Source: Phoronis australis
Lineage: Eukaryota; Animalia; Phoronida
NCBI GenBank assembly: GCA_002633005.1
Contig: NMRA01000103.1
Span: forward strand, 1 to 64,000
Reading direction: 5' to 3'
Length of the DNA: 64,000 nt
Each line of letters opens with the position of its first letter. The stretch's first letter is position 1. Below the pieces are notes generated by a model, which was given only the letters and a program-made list of their open reading frames with translations, had not been told where the DNA came from and ran no database searches. Positions 1 to 13,133 of this stretch are shown in pieces. The position numbers were made by a program, and so were the translations under genes.

Positions 1-3000
1 CTCCTGCAATTCAAATTACGCTCGTAATTACGAGCGTAATTTTACGGCGACACTTTCCCCTCAACGGCCCACCATAGGTATCGCATGGGCTCGTTTAGTA
101 TGACGTCATTTTGACTTGTTCGATCCAGTCAAATGCCAAAATTAAAACATTATGACTAAATAACTCAAAATCCACAATGGGGCTTGACCGGGACAATTTT
201 AATACTTTACCTCAGGCAAGTAATACTATAGCGGCGCACACCACTAATCCAAATAATGACGTAATCATTGCAAAATGAGTCACTAACATGCCGCCAGGAT
301 TCTGAATGGGAAAAATAAGTGGTTTGATATTTTTGACAATTTGATGTGACTGTTCATTTCTATTCCCACTTTCGGTCCATCTCGTAGCCATAGTGTTGGG
401 CACGCCGTCCACTTGACAATCGTATTCCTCGGCCGCCTATATGACGTTGAGAATGAGATGGCCGGTATAGCGACTCTACACGTACTAGCAAGCCTAATAG
501 TCTATAAGTTGTATTGCCATTCAAACATAGGTCTAACAATCCTACACCAGGAACAAGTACCCCTGTTTTAATCGTATGTGTAGTGAAATTAATCCGCTAC
601 GAAAGGAAAAAATAACCCGCAGTGCTGTAGCGCGGGGCCGCGGCGCAGCCAACCACCTTTTCGCTTTTCAATGTAGGCCTAGCGCCTACTACCCCACCGT
701 AAGCTACGGTGTAGCTGGTCGTAAGTGCGCGTAGTTGCAGCCAACCACCTTTTTACATTTTATCGTTACAACCACCTTTTTCATGAACGGAGCGTCTACG
801 CGCTGTAAGTGACGGTATATAGTGGTGCGTTTAGTCTCGATACGATAGCTTACGGCATCAATGCCCTACGCTGACAACAGCATTGTTGTCGAACATTTCG
901 GCGCGCGAGATCACCTGCAGGCATATGCTCGCCAAGTAATGGAATTTTTATGAATATTTCAAGACAAAGACTGAAATAGTTGGTGACGGTGACACACCAT
1001 AGTGGATAAAGAGAGTGGCGAAGGGCCCCCGGCCGAGGACACACCCCGCGGACGACTAAAGTCGTCGTCAGCATATCGTTTCTGGGAGTTACGCTCCTAT
1101 TTTCCTTTATAATTGTGCATAGGGCCCCTTCAGAGACCGCTTGAGAAATGCACGCGGACCTGCCTTCAAATATGTGTTGTTGTACCCTCTTACATTGAAG
1201 ATCCGCCACTGTAAATACCCACTCGTGAGTAAAAAATGGACCTATATCTTTGTGAATCTGGTTTTTACGAGTTCAATGCACTTTTAAAATTCAGCGCTCA
1301 CGGCGATACGATGGGCTTTGGGCGCTTATACCACTTACCTCTAATCAGCGTTCTGTAGGCACAACAACCTCGCGCAAAAGCAAATAAGGCTGACAAAGAT
1401 ATCACCCTGTGTGCTGCACTTGCGAAACGCTTGGTAACATTAGGTTTGTTTCTTGAGAAAATTTTGCGTTTGTGATTAGCTGCGCTCATATAGTGCCCTC
1501 AGTACTGTGTTGCTAATGCCGCAGCGTGATTACCGTCAAATATCACACCTGTAGCTGATGTCACGTGACCAAATGACCTCTATGTGACCTATTTTAGCCT
1601 GAATTTGTTTGACGATTGCCGGATATTGAAGCGGTTGACACTCAGTTCAGGTAAGTTAGTTTGCGTTTCTTTCGAGGACAGGACTTGTGCAGGTATTTCA
1701 AAAACGGCGAACGAGCTCCATTTCTTTACCGGAATTAAACCATGCTGTGCGTTCTGGCCACCCTGGATGGGAGATATCTCGGTGATCTTTGACAGTGCTT
1801 CATCAGTCGGCATCTGTTCGACGGGACAGGTCATTGACTGAAGCGGCTAGCTGAGGTGGACCTCAGTCGTCGGAAAAGACCATTGTTATATCAGGCTCCA
1901 AAGCTATTGTGCAAGCATATCCATTAGTGACCATTTGAAGATAAGTCCATTTTAAACGGCATAAAAGCGCCATTAAACCCAATGTTTTTAGTCTTCCACA
2001 AAACTAGTAAATTTTTATTTTGTCGTGATCTTGGGACGCTTGTACTGCTTCTCATTGTGAGTACGTTCTTTAGTTACGTGAGCTTAGTAAGACCACAGGC
2101 GTCCTCAGCTTCTGACCGTCCCCAATACACTATATAATATATGGGGACGCGATCAGAAGCTGAGGACGCCTGTGTCGAGAGAGACTACTAACCGAATTCT
2201 TTCCCAAGGCTAGAAGTCATTTTGACGAAGGAACAATGTGATACCCGTTTCATATCGACCTGAGTTAAAACTGTGGGAGTGAAAGCTTCTAATATCTCTC
2301 TTGTTATTCAGTGACATGCAGTGTCATGCCAACTCTTGTCTCTGGATACGTTATGTACAACTACTTAGTAGTGCTGATCGAGTGTTCGGTACTGCAGTTC
2401 TCTACTCGGCTCAGGTCAGGAAAATGCAGTGTATGAGGAAGATAATTGTGAAACTGCGTTCTGTCTGTCAGTGTTGCATGTCTCCAGTCACATAGCATTG
2501 AGACGGTAGCAGGATCAGACAAGGAAAATCGGATGACATAACAGCAGCGTTATGACGTAACATACCTTCAGCGGAATAAAGCGCTGAACAAGCTAAACAT
2601 CGCCATTATATATCGTTGTCGCTATGCGGCCATCCAAAGCTTCGCTCCCATGCAGTTCCATGGTGCAGAAAAAGGCCGCAATTCGGTTGGACGCAATCAC
2701 GATTTGCCACAATCACGATTTGTAACGGTCACGATTTGTAACGGTCACGATTTGACACTCCGTGAATCTCTCATTTCCAAGATGAGCAATTAGTAGGCTA
2801 CTGAGGTCTGACTCAAACTGAATGCCACTTCAACCCTCTATAATATCAGATAGTTTATTCCAGTAAACTTCAGCGGCCTGATTTACTGTTCGGTACTGTC
2901 TACACTTCAGTTATAATTCTTAGTTCAATTAGGAAGTGGGTAACATTCGAACAATCGTTTATATGTAACATTGAAAACGGTCATCTTTTATGAGATGACT

Positions 3001-3660
3001 TCGTTTGAGACTATAGTACTGAGCATAGGGTTGAAAGGGGCTAGTTCCCTGACCCAAGGCAGCTCGATCCGTACCTGCCTGGACTCTCAACCTCCTGTAC
3101 ATCTCAAACCATAGACACACTAGGCCTACTTGTGGAACATACATTGTAAATGCATGCATGTAAAAATAAACACAATCGTCAGTGACCCCAATAAGTAGTC
3201 ACAACGCTACATATCAAACGGTCGAGATGTGGCGTCATCATGAAGGTTTACAGTTCTCGCTCACTGCCAAACCATCTTCTTCATTGTATTAACGGCGCAG
3301 CCAACAACACTTGTGAGACCGTCTACCTAGAACTGGAAAAACAACATCTCGTGGAAGTCTACGATATTTCGTGAGTCCGCACAAAAATAGTCGACAAAGG
3401 CGTTACGAGAAACTTAAAGCAGGATAGATTATCAGAAGCAGAAATATTCAATGTCCGATATTACAAGATAATATTCTTCTTTCGTCTTGAAATTTCACCT
3501 CTGGTTGCACGAGATAATCTGACTGGAGGTAATGCTTTAGTGTTGCTTTACTCAGTAGTAAGTTGGATAGGGAGCGACCCTTTACGGGGACACTTAACTG
3601 GTAAATTGCTGATACCGCCCTTGCCGATGACATCCTAGATCCGCCATGCAGTGTGTGATA

Positions 3661-3872
3661 CATGCGTGCACCCAGCCTAAACAATGGGGCGGATGGGGGG
3701 GGGGGGCTCGAATTGAGAATGTGGACCTTTTGCTAAAAAAACGGGGTACGTTCAGAGCTATGAATTGTGCATTCGCCGAATTTTGGCAGTTCCTGCCTTT
3801 TTAGAGGATTTTTCTTGTTTTCTACGTTTTCGGACTTTTTGTTTCTCTGAGCCCCCCCTAGGTGAGCGCATG
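3661..3872. mobile_element. MITE with 5-bp TSD
   Basis: TIRs CATGCGTGCACC / GGTGAGCGCATG; TSD TGATA on both sides. Confidence 0.7.
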
Positions 3873-4028
3873 TGATACAAAACTAGTAGTAACAAAAGAC
3901 TGTCCATACCATATGTTTTTAACATTCTAGATCCGCCATGCAGTGTGTGATACAAAAACAGTAGTAATAAAAGAGTGTCCATAACTACTACATGTTTTAT
4001 CACATTTGTTTTAGGCCAGAACAGAAGC

Positions 4029-4260
4029 ACGAACTTTAAAATTAGCGCATATAGTGAATAACGACACATATATCCAACGTTTCAGTTTATTATTTTAAAC
4101 CATTCTCAAGGAAACAGTGCATTTTGACGTGTACCCGTAAAGTCTGTTCTCCACCTGTGTCGCCTGTTTGAGTATGTGAACTGTTTCCTTGAGAATGGTT
4201 TAAAGTAATAAGCCGAAACGTTGGATAAATATTCACTTACGCGCTAATTTTAAAGTTCGT
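4029..4260. mobile_element. Penelope-like inverted terminal structure with two minimal hammerhead-like motifs
   Basis: Inverted arms of ~90 bp. Each reads TCC-TTGAGAA-T-GGTTT..AARCY-GAAACGTT-GGA (+ at 4186-4225, - at 4073-4112). Confidence 0.55.
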
Positions 4261-5403
4261 ACTAGATGCTTGTGACATCCTAGATCCGCCATGCAGTGTG
4301 TGATACAAGACTAATGATAACAAAGCTTTCCATAACTACAATATGGTTTTCGAAAGCACAACTGGGATGCAGTTGAAGAACTCTTAGTTAACGTCTTGTC
4401 ACACCCACAACGCGCCGCCACATTATACCGAATTCAAAATGCGAACGAAGAGTGCGGAACTATTTTTACACTCATATTCCCGACGAATTCATGTGAGGAT
4501 GTCCTCAATTGCCATAACGAAATGCAGTGTAAAAAAATCCTGCTTTCTCACGTGGCCGAACCAATAGTGGGGCGGCTCATTCATGGCTCATGAAACAGGA
4601 TGGAGGAAGGCGAAAACGGGAACTTCGACAAAAGCGTACCTCGATTGGGACACCGTCCACGGGACCCTCACTTAAATTGTAGGCCTGCATCGGTTAATCT
4701 GCTCACAGTTGTTTTTTCCGTTTTCAGTTTCGTTCGGAAAACCAATTTGGTGTGAGAGGGCGCAGCTATCACCTGTGCAAAGAAACACTTGACCTAAGGG
4801 TTTCCACAAACCGTTACAGTTTTTTTCCACTTACTGTTATCGTCTTTCGAAAACTCTTAATTGTTGAAAAATTAATTTTGCGCGCAGCCGTTCAAACACA
4901 TTCACTGATGTTTCTATTTCAGCAATATCTTATGTGCGATTTTTGTCTCTCACAGTAATTCATAGAACGAGCCACTAGGCTTACGATCCTTATTAATTAG
5001 GGTAAGATCTCTGTAGTGTCTGAACATGGCATCAGTTATGGCTGACAGGTGAACTTTAATTTTCTCAACTTTTCACAAAAGATCTATGGCACTGAATTAA
5101 GTCTTTAAGCCGTGTTGCACCATAGCTACCACCATACAATATTTTGAAAAGTCATGAATATTAACAGTAACCAGCTCCAAAAATATTCAAATGCCGCCGT
5201 AGTCTTCAAAGTTTGAACTGTTCATGTACATTCGAAGAACTCGCCCCAAGTCTGAGATTTTGTTGGAGGCTATATACTTCTGGAAGTTACTAGCTTTTGA
5301 CCTGATTCACAAAAAACGTTGCGTCTTTGTGATTTTATTAGAAATCGACAGTTCGTGACGTTGTCTGTCAGACTTTCGCTGAAGTCAGTGCCGGTGTCTT
5401 GTC

Positions 5404-5497
5404 CATTTAAATAGGGCAATTCTCCACTTGTTTCGCACAAAAGTCATTGCCCGTTAACTGAGTCGCTAGTCAATTCTATTCTGCGCTTCTGGTAAGT
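5404..5497 (+). promoter_or_regulatory. Candidate TATA-like box and non-coding first exon of the BRICHOS gene
   Basis: CATTTAAATAG at 5404, followed ~90 bp later by a strong donor ctg|gtaagt at 5492. Confidence 0.35.
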
Positions 5498-6199
5498 TCT
5501 GTTCAGTTCTTCTCTCGCCGAGAATGTCACTTTAAATTGGTTACTATAAAACTTCTAAAATTTTCCTGAGTCTTGCGTAAAGCAATAACGAAATGTTCTT
5601 TGCACTTCTAAATACAGGGAACAACGGAGACGTTAACGTAAACCTCATGCCTAGTGGTTTAAATTTAGACCAAAGGGTACATGTATATTACGTAAGCCTA
5701 CATTTTTATGGACACACAAACGATATTTTGCTATTTTGACATTCACTCTATAAAGGTCCAGAGCCTACACGTATGCGTGTATTGTTGCAGGAACAGAGGG
5801 AATCGTTTGCCTCCTGATGTTACTCTGCTGCGAATTTCGGTTTTGACCATAAAATCTACATGTAGTTGTCATTCAAGATGCATCCGCATTATGTACTGTA
5901 TGTGCGTGCGTGCGTGCGTGTGTGTGCGCGCGCGTGTTTGTAGGAGTGTTTATGCATGTGTGCGTTCTTTGGGGTCATTTGTCCGGGCGTCCAGGATCTG
6001 CTGCTATATCTCCTAGACTGGCCCTGGTAGGATAGTGAAATTCGTGTTCCTGTGAGCTGATGACAAATGATTCATTTTACTTATTTTGTATTCTGCATCT
6101 GTTACTTGTAATTGTATTCTGTCATAATAAATAACCTTATATCGCCTACCTTGGTCTCCTTTTCATCTTTGGTAACGGCGACGCACGTATCATTTATAT

Positions 6200-6930
6200 A
6201 TATGTCGGTCATAACAGACGACACTTTCGGACTTATCTGAATTCAGCTGCGCGTCCTAGTGCCAATATCAGAATTTTACGTTTGCCCCTGTGTCTTCGAA
6301 GTTCCTCGACGTTTTTTTGTACGGATAAATCGTTTTTTGCATCATTTAGTGGCCATTGTTACAATTGGCTTTTGGCGTCGGTCGTCAGAGAATTATCATA
6401 TAAAATTTGGCAGACGTGTTTCTACTGAGAAGAGCACGACAACCGTCAATTTTGGGACAACTTCGACTACACTGGTGCCCTTAGTTTTTTAGCGTTCGCA
6501 GGTGTATCTCTTAGCTCCTTGCTGGATCTTTGTGATGTCTATATGAACGTGACAACTGAGTGGTGATGGCTTTCAGAGAGATTCGACTACCACTGTGCCA
6601 CCTAGTGACAATTTTAATTTCTAAGTTATTTTCTGCGTCGAAGTTCCTTAGCAAATTTTCATGAAATTTGGCAAAGTAGTTTCTATGAATTTGACGATGT
6701 ATTGTACGCCACGTAATGGCTATTTTTTTATTTTTTTTTCGAGTCTGAGTTTTGAGGTCCGCCTCTCTTTTGGCCAAAACGTTCTAAGGGTCATTATGAA
6801 ATTAAAACTGGCAAGTGTGTTTTTACTGAGAAGTGCTTGGTACTGAGGCGCCCCCGAGGGGCAATTTTGTTCTTTTTGTTTGTGGCTCATGTATACAAAG
6901 TTCTTTGATGGATTTTCATGAAATCTAGCG
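6200..6930 (+). mobile_element. Highly degenerate fragment of the same Helentron-type tandem-repeat family
   Basis: Reverse-complement monomers (e.g. GTGCCACCTAGTG, TTTCATGAAATTTGG); boundaries approximate. Confidence 0.5.
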
Positions 6931-7347
6931 TATAGTTTGTACTTTTTTATTTATGGATGGAAATTTATCAATTGAAATAACTTAGCGTATCATGGAGACG
7001 CTAAAACGTGGCCCGTTTCAGATGGGTTTGACCTATGACCTATGACCTATGCTGCACCCCCTAGTTACATTCTTATTGTTTTATCTTACATTTATTTCTT
7101 TGTCGTCCACCTTCCTACTCGCCTAGCTGCTTGAAGAACCATCATAAAAGATGGAAGTTGTGTTCCCATTGAGGGGAGCAATGCTGACTTGCTTTGCGTC
7201 CCGTACAGGCTGCTTTATGGGAACTGCTATTGTGCATATAGTTTAGACTTTTATCAGAACTATTTCTCATTTAGAAACAGTGAGGGAAATTAGGATTTAC
7301 AAACTAGCTCCATTATTTTTGAAAACGCATTTCAGGGTCTTGATTTA

Positions 7348-7662
7348 ATGCAGACCATGGACGTTGCCAACACCCAGATCGTCGAGGGCTACAAGAACTC
7401 ATCAACACTTACTCCGGACAGACATTGCGTCGACAGCTACAGAATCGCGACAACCGATGGCCGGGCCGGTCGCGATTTTACCGACATGCATTCTGCAGCC
7501 GTCATCGATCCCATCCCAGGGGAGAATCAAGCTCCAAGGCGGAACGCCGGCGAAAGTTACCGGTGGGCTACGACGGATGGTGATGGCGCTACAAAGTCAC
7601 ACACGGGAAGCATGTCTACGGTTCAAGGCTCTGAGTCCGGCCCCAGCTTAGGGGCATCCACA
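7348..7662 (+). CDS. BRICHOS-domain type II membrane precursor, coding exon 1 (cytosolic N-tail); model join(7348-7662,8333-8512,9838-9987,10492-10611,13134-13296,16962-17086), ~350 aa
   Basis: Acceptor tttcag at 7335, ATG 7348 (MQTMDVANT...GAST), donor gtaagt at 7663, phase 0. The start codon is the least certain part. Confidence 0.7.
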
Positions 7663-8332
7663 GTAAGTTGGTACTGTCACTCTTGTACAGTAAACCGAAG
7701 TGCTGGGCAAAACTGTAATTCTTACCCTCACAGTTGCTGCAGGACTTATGAGATTTTCTCTGGGTGCCAAATTGTCCCTGGCTCAAATTACCAGTTCCCA
7801 CGAATTTTTATAACTTAGGGGCCCCCAGAAGCCTTAATCTGGCGATGGATTTTCTGTTCTGTCTTTAAAAACTTTGCACTTTGTTTTAGCCTCGAAGCTC
7901 GTAACATATGTGTTCCTCCGGTCTTATTTCCAACAATTGAAATGATGTTCACTACTTCACTTTTAACTTCTTGGTCCTTAAATTATTATATCTAGCTGTT
8001 AATTGCAATATGACCTTTTCTGTGATACAGTAGTCCATATAGCATCTTTTCGCCTTTTCGCTGTATCGTCATTGTCGGTTTCGTGGGCACTAGACGCTCA
8101 CGTCAGTGTGTGTGTGTTTGAAGCGCAAAAAGTCTGTGAAAGGTTGCCCTAGATTAGTTTATCATACTGCTTCCACGGGGTTCTTTTCTACGTACTTTAT
8201 AGGGAGGTGATGTATCACGCAATGAATGCAAAGATTAAAGCAATATCAAGGGTATCGCTGTCATAACACACCTTCCAAAATTTCATCACTAGTGTCATTT
8301 TTGTTCACATTGTGTGAATTTCTCTCCGTTAG

Positions 8333-8512
8333 GCGGGATTATTCGACGGCAGTAAGTCGTTCACCCTAGGCCTGGAACCCTGCGGTTGTACCAAATCGTG
8401 GATCTTGTGGGTGGTGTCGGGTATAGCGGGCGCTGCAGCTGGCTTGGTCCTAGGTCTCATCATTCACTTTTCCTACTATAATCCGATGATCAGCGACAAG
8501 ATGCAAAGAAAT
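8333..8512 (+). CDS. BRICHOS precursor exon 2 (transmembrane helix)
   Basis: ttag/gtatgt boundaries, 60 codons: AGLFDG...WILWVVSGIAGAAAGLVLGLIIHFSYY...MQRN, with one hydrophobic helix. Confidence 0.85.
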
Positions 8513-9312
8513 GTATGTATTGGCATTTTCAATGATTATAGCTAAACAATTTCGCTCAAATGAAACTTAATGAAAAATTGGGCCTATTCAAGGCTTGGCA
8601 TTTTTGTAATGTAAACAGTTCCATTTTGAGGTTCTTGTTCATTTAATAAGCATGTATGGCATAGTGTTGTTCATTTTCCTATATTCATTCAGTAACTACC
8701 TACGTCACAACAAACCTCCCTCTCACTAATTTTCAAAAGCAAATCAAAGTTTCCGTTAATTTTTGTGATCAGGCCTATGTGGCGGCAACTAGGAAAACGA
8801 ACAAATATTTCTCAAGTGTCCAACAACCTTAACTACATATCTGCCTGTAATGCCATTCTAATTCAATCCAAAAACTTTAGTTCATTTAACATTTTGATGG
8901 AACACGCACATGATTTCAATATTGCGGTGTAGCTGTGAAGTGTCGCACTCCTTGGTTTGATGGTGTTGAACCCTGTTTTGTTGAAGCAGATGGCTATTTT
9001 CTGCTTTTTAGGATTAAATTTGAATCATAGTCTTTGATTCGGATAACAAAAACCCCGAAGTCGCTTGTTCTTGCATTCTATAACGCTATTCGCGGATCAG
9101 TTTTTCTCCGTTGTTAAAGAATGCATCGACACATGAAGACTTTTTTGTAACGGAGTCGAAGACGATGATTGGTTTCGAAGCATAGCACACGGAATTTTGT
9201 TTTGAATTGTAGCTGTTTTCATTTTGTTGGGCAAACTCTGGTCCAGCAACTTTGATATTTGCTGAAAAGAAAACTTCATGTACACTTAATCTTCTGTCTC
9301 TTAAATTACATT

Positions 9313-9682
9313 TATGTATGTACGTATGTATGTATGTATGTTTGTTTGTATGTATGTATGTTTGTATGTATGTATTTATGTATGTATGTTTGTATGTATG
9401 TGTGTATGTATGTACGTATGTATGTATGTTTGAATGTATGTATGTATGTATGTTTGCATGTATGTATGCTTGAATGTATGTATGTATGTATGTTTGTTTG
9501 TATGTATGTATGTTTGTATGTATGTATGTTTGTATGTATGTATTTATGTATGTATGTTTGTATGTATGTGTGTATGTATGTACGTATGTATGTTTGAATG
9601 TATGTGTGTATGTATGTTTGCATGTATGTATGCTTAAATGTATGTATGTATGTATGCATGTATGTATCTATGTGTCTATGTA
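9313..9682. repeat. (TATG)n compound microsatellite
   Basis: Direct reading. Confidence 0.95.
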
Positions 9683-9837
9683 TATATACCTGTGTAACCA
9701 GTTGCCCGTCTCACAGTTTGTTTGACATTTTATTGATCCATTCCTATTTATATTGCAAATCTTGAGTGTCTGTCTGTCTGCCTGTCCGTCGGCGTCTGTT
9801 TACGTAACGGTAATGCCAGTGCACACGTCTCCTTCAG

Positions 9838-9987
9838 CGTATCTATCATCTACCGCGAGACGCCGACATCAATCTGCCCGTGATGCTCGTTAACATCACG
9901 TACGATGACGTCAACACAGTTGTACAGGTTGTATGTAAGGAGAACGGACACTTTGACACAAACGACATTTTATTCGATTTTAAAAAG
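9838..9987 (+). CDS. BRICHOS precursor exon 3
   Basis: cttcag/gttagt boundaries, 50 codons: RIYHLP...DILFDFKK. It ends in the BRICHOS hydrophobic-D-F motif. Confidence 0.85.
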
Positions 9988-10491
9988 GTTAGTGTTTTGA
10001 TGATGTAATCATGTCCAAATGGAAGATTTCAAATGTTGTTATCATGGCTACATTTTTAAGATAATACTATCGTACATTGCATTTAAGTGTAAAGGTTTCT
10101 GTTTTGTTTTAATATAGTAATAAGTTGGCAACACTGGAGGCATTTTTGGGGTCTAATATCACAATAAGAGTGTTTCATGTTTTGTCCCCTAACTCCCCCT
10201 GGTGGCATGTTTTGTCTTTCACATGATGCCACATGATACTACTGCCTGGACACACATGATTGACGTGGTGATGTTTAGTGCAAACGGCCCATTTGCACTC
10301 ATAATGACAAACGGTCAAGAAATGTTCCAAACGTCAAGATTCGGTATCAGTAAAGCCGGACTCACACGTCGTGATTTTTGGCGGTTTGCTTTTGTACATC
10401 GAATGCGAAGGTATATCAATATCGCAGTTGAACGTTGAGACGGTTTCGCCACCTGGTGACAGACTTAACTGCCATCACTCCTTTTCTCCAG

Positions 10492-10611
10492 GGCTGGATC
10501 GTGAATAAGGACCGCTCCGTCAACTTATGTTTTCTCAGGAACATGGACAATGCGGATCTGATTTCGTATACGATTTTCAAAGACACAGCTCGTCATGGTG
10601 GCGACCCAAAG
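10492..10611 (+). CDS. BRICHOS precursor exon 4 (first conserved Cys)
   Basis: ctccag/gtaaaa boundaries: GWIVNKDRSVNLCFLRNMD...DPK. Fits the BRICHOS pattern DF..G.I......C(F/Y)I..M. Confidence 0.88.
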
Positions 10612-10972
10612 GTAAAACCTAACTTTAAAAATCTGGTGAACTATAAAACTGTAGTGAAAGTTGAACTTTGGCTTGCTACGGGATTGGTATATTGGTTATG
10701 CGCTTAGTGAAGTTTGGATGCCGAATTGTTTAATGGATACTGTATAGTTAGCCGTTGGAAAGGGATTTGTTATTTATTGACGTTTATGGATAAGATATAT
10801 GCTACCACAGACTATATTACACGGACCACCAACTCCGCATGTTTTCTATGGACGAAATATGTAATCTTACGAATAACTGACGTCACTATTCACTAGCGAC
10901 ACCTGACAAACATAGCATTTTTTACTTCCGGCAAGTATGTCGTCTGCTAATCGTGGTCGGTTCATATGTGGT

Positions 10973-11957
10973 CAGTGGCGGATCTAGGATATCACAAGGG
11001 GGGCCCAAAATTTTGTCTGTAAACATTTGCGCAAAGCACGATTGTAGATGCGCATAGCACCGAATGGGGGGAGGTCGGGAGGGGGGTTTGCCCCCTCCCG
11101 CCAGGAAAATTTTTGTGTTTTTTCCTCTAAAAACCAAGCATTTTCCTTGATTCCTGAAGAATTATCCAAGAAAAAAAAAACACGAAGAACGTGTCAAACT
11201 TGAAAACTGTAATCTCCAGAGACATGAACTCAGGACCTGGCGGAAAGAGCGCGCGTGCTTTACCACTGCACCACCACGACTTCACTCGGTATTTGGTTTT
11301 AAGAGACCTACTTGTTTATGGTCCACAGCGTTTGCGCGGAAAAGCTACTTCTTTTTGCAATGCTTATTAGGCCTACACTTTTTATATTTTGTGCAATCAG
11401 TTCGTAACAAATTTGTTGTATGTAATATTGTCATATTGCCCAAAAGACCAAATCCGTTTTTTGTGCTGGCATTAATTACGCGATTGCTTTGGAAATCGTC
11501 TTAAGTTAAGGTTTGACAAAGAGAGAATTATGAGTTTCTGAGTGATTCACTAAGGCTTCGCTTAAAATTCACATCTTAGCAGCAGCTTCTGTTTTTTCAT
11601 CGTCACTTAGATTCTATTTTCTTTAAAAAATGAAGTAATTTTCTTCATTGCACAGTGAAGCAGACGACGGAAACGGAGTCGTAGTGCGCAGCGCCACTGC
11701 GGGTCGTCTGGGATATCGCGGGAGAGCCTATACTTCGCCTTAGTTCCGTTACGATTGCGCCGTGTTCCAAATTGGATTCTTGAAATTGGATCTGAGCCCC
11801 CCAAATCACACTAAAACTGCACATATTTAAATCTTGTTTCAACCGTATAATGTTAATTACCGGGGATAATTAATAAACTCAACATTTCCCTACGCTCTTG
11901 CTGTTTTATTTTTTGCGGCAGTCAAGGGGGGGGGGGCGGGCCCCCTGGCCGCCTATG
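10973..11957. mobile_element. ~1-kb non-autonomous DNA transposon (CAGTGGCGGATCTAGG family), copy 1
   Basis: TSD GTGGT; closely similar to 46947-47964. Confidence 0.85.
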
Positions 11958-13133
11958 GTGGTTGTGTGCTCGGCACAAAAAGTACTCACAATACCATGAG
12001 TGCTACTATTGGAAGACTTTGAACAACGTTTCAATGGCAATTCTTTTTTTTTCGTTGTACTGGACAGTAAAATAGATGCAAAAATTTCCCGTCACAATTT
12101 ACTATCCAGAAGCTGAGTTTGCTGTGATTAGAGGGTTGCGCCTACTCTGGGATATTACGGAAGAAAATTTCGGAGTTGCGAATCTGTTGTCTATATTCTA
12201 TGATGCTACTAAAAATTATTGCGTATTTTGTTACACAACTACGCATATTTTCTGGTTGTAAAAATAAATCTTAATTTCATTCTCATTTCACGAAGTATGA
12301 AATATATAAATCGATAGAATGGAGGTAACTTGCACCCCCTGTGGAAATAGGTCACAAATTGAATAGTATAAAATGGGTCTGGCTAAGTCTTGCATCAAAC
12401 ACACACCCATGAACATTTCCCCCAGAGGCACTCGGTTGTCCTATTTATATTCACACCATTGTGACTACATGCAGTGAATAATGAATAGAAAGCTTTTCAT
12501 GTTGAAGTAGGTAACATGCAATACGTGCTCACACTCAGACAGACCTTGGATCTTAATTTGGCCAGCTTTACAGAGTCCTATGTTTCAATTTAACAAATCC
12601 AATGGCCAAAATCGCATTTTTGGCGTTTGACCATAACACTTATGACTATGTCACAATTTAAAACCATTTTCAAGACAGGATTTCTAAAATTGTACCATTC
12701 TTTCTAATGTTTTAATTTGTTTGTTATGCCTACAAAATTTTGAAGAATTAATGTTTGATTATGACAAGTATTTGTAAAATTAATTTAATATTCCATACTT
12801 ATTAGTAGCGTAGTTGCACTCTAGCCACGTCTTGGCTTATTTATGGTAAAATGTCTCCAATTTAGAATAACAATAGTTTCCAAAAGTGATCTTTTCTATT
12901 CATTTTTCAATCAGTGCTTCTAACATCGATATGACCAACATTGTAATGAATGCCCCCAATTTGTCAAGATGTTGATATAGCTATGGAGAACTTCAAAATG
13001 ATAAAACGTTTATTTGTTGCTAGTTGTGTTTCACGAAAAAGTGAAAAAGTAAAATGTCATTTGTTGAGACATTTTGTGTCCTAATGTGTTGACTAGACGT
13101 CAAAGTAAAGCCGTTCTTTTCCTCATTGTTCAG

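Noticed and set aside
7127-7279. Upstream coding exon for the BRICHOS gene (ATG 7151)
   Set aside because: No donor gives a convincing in-frame join to 7336; at most a 5' UTR exon with a uORF.
9252-9725. Several 67-115 aa ORFs (MYVC.../HTYI...)
   Set aside because: Translations of the (TATG)n microsatellite.
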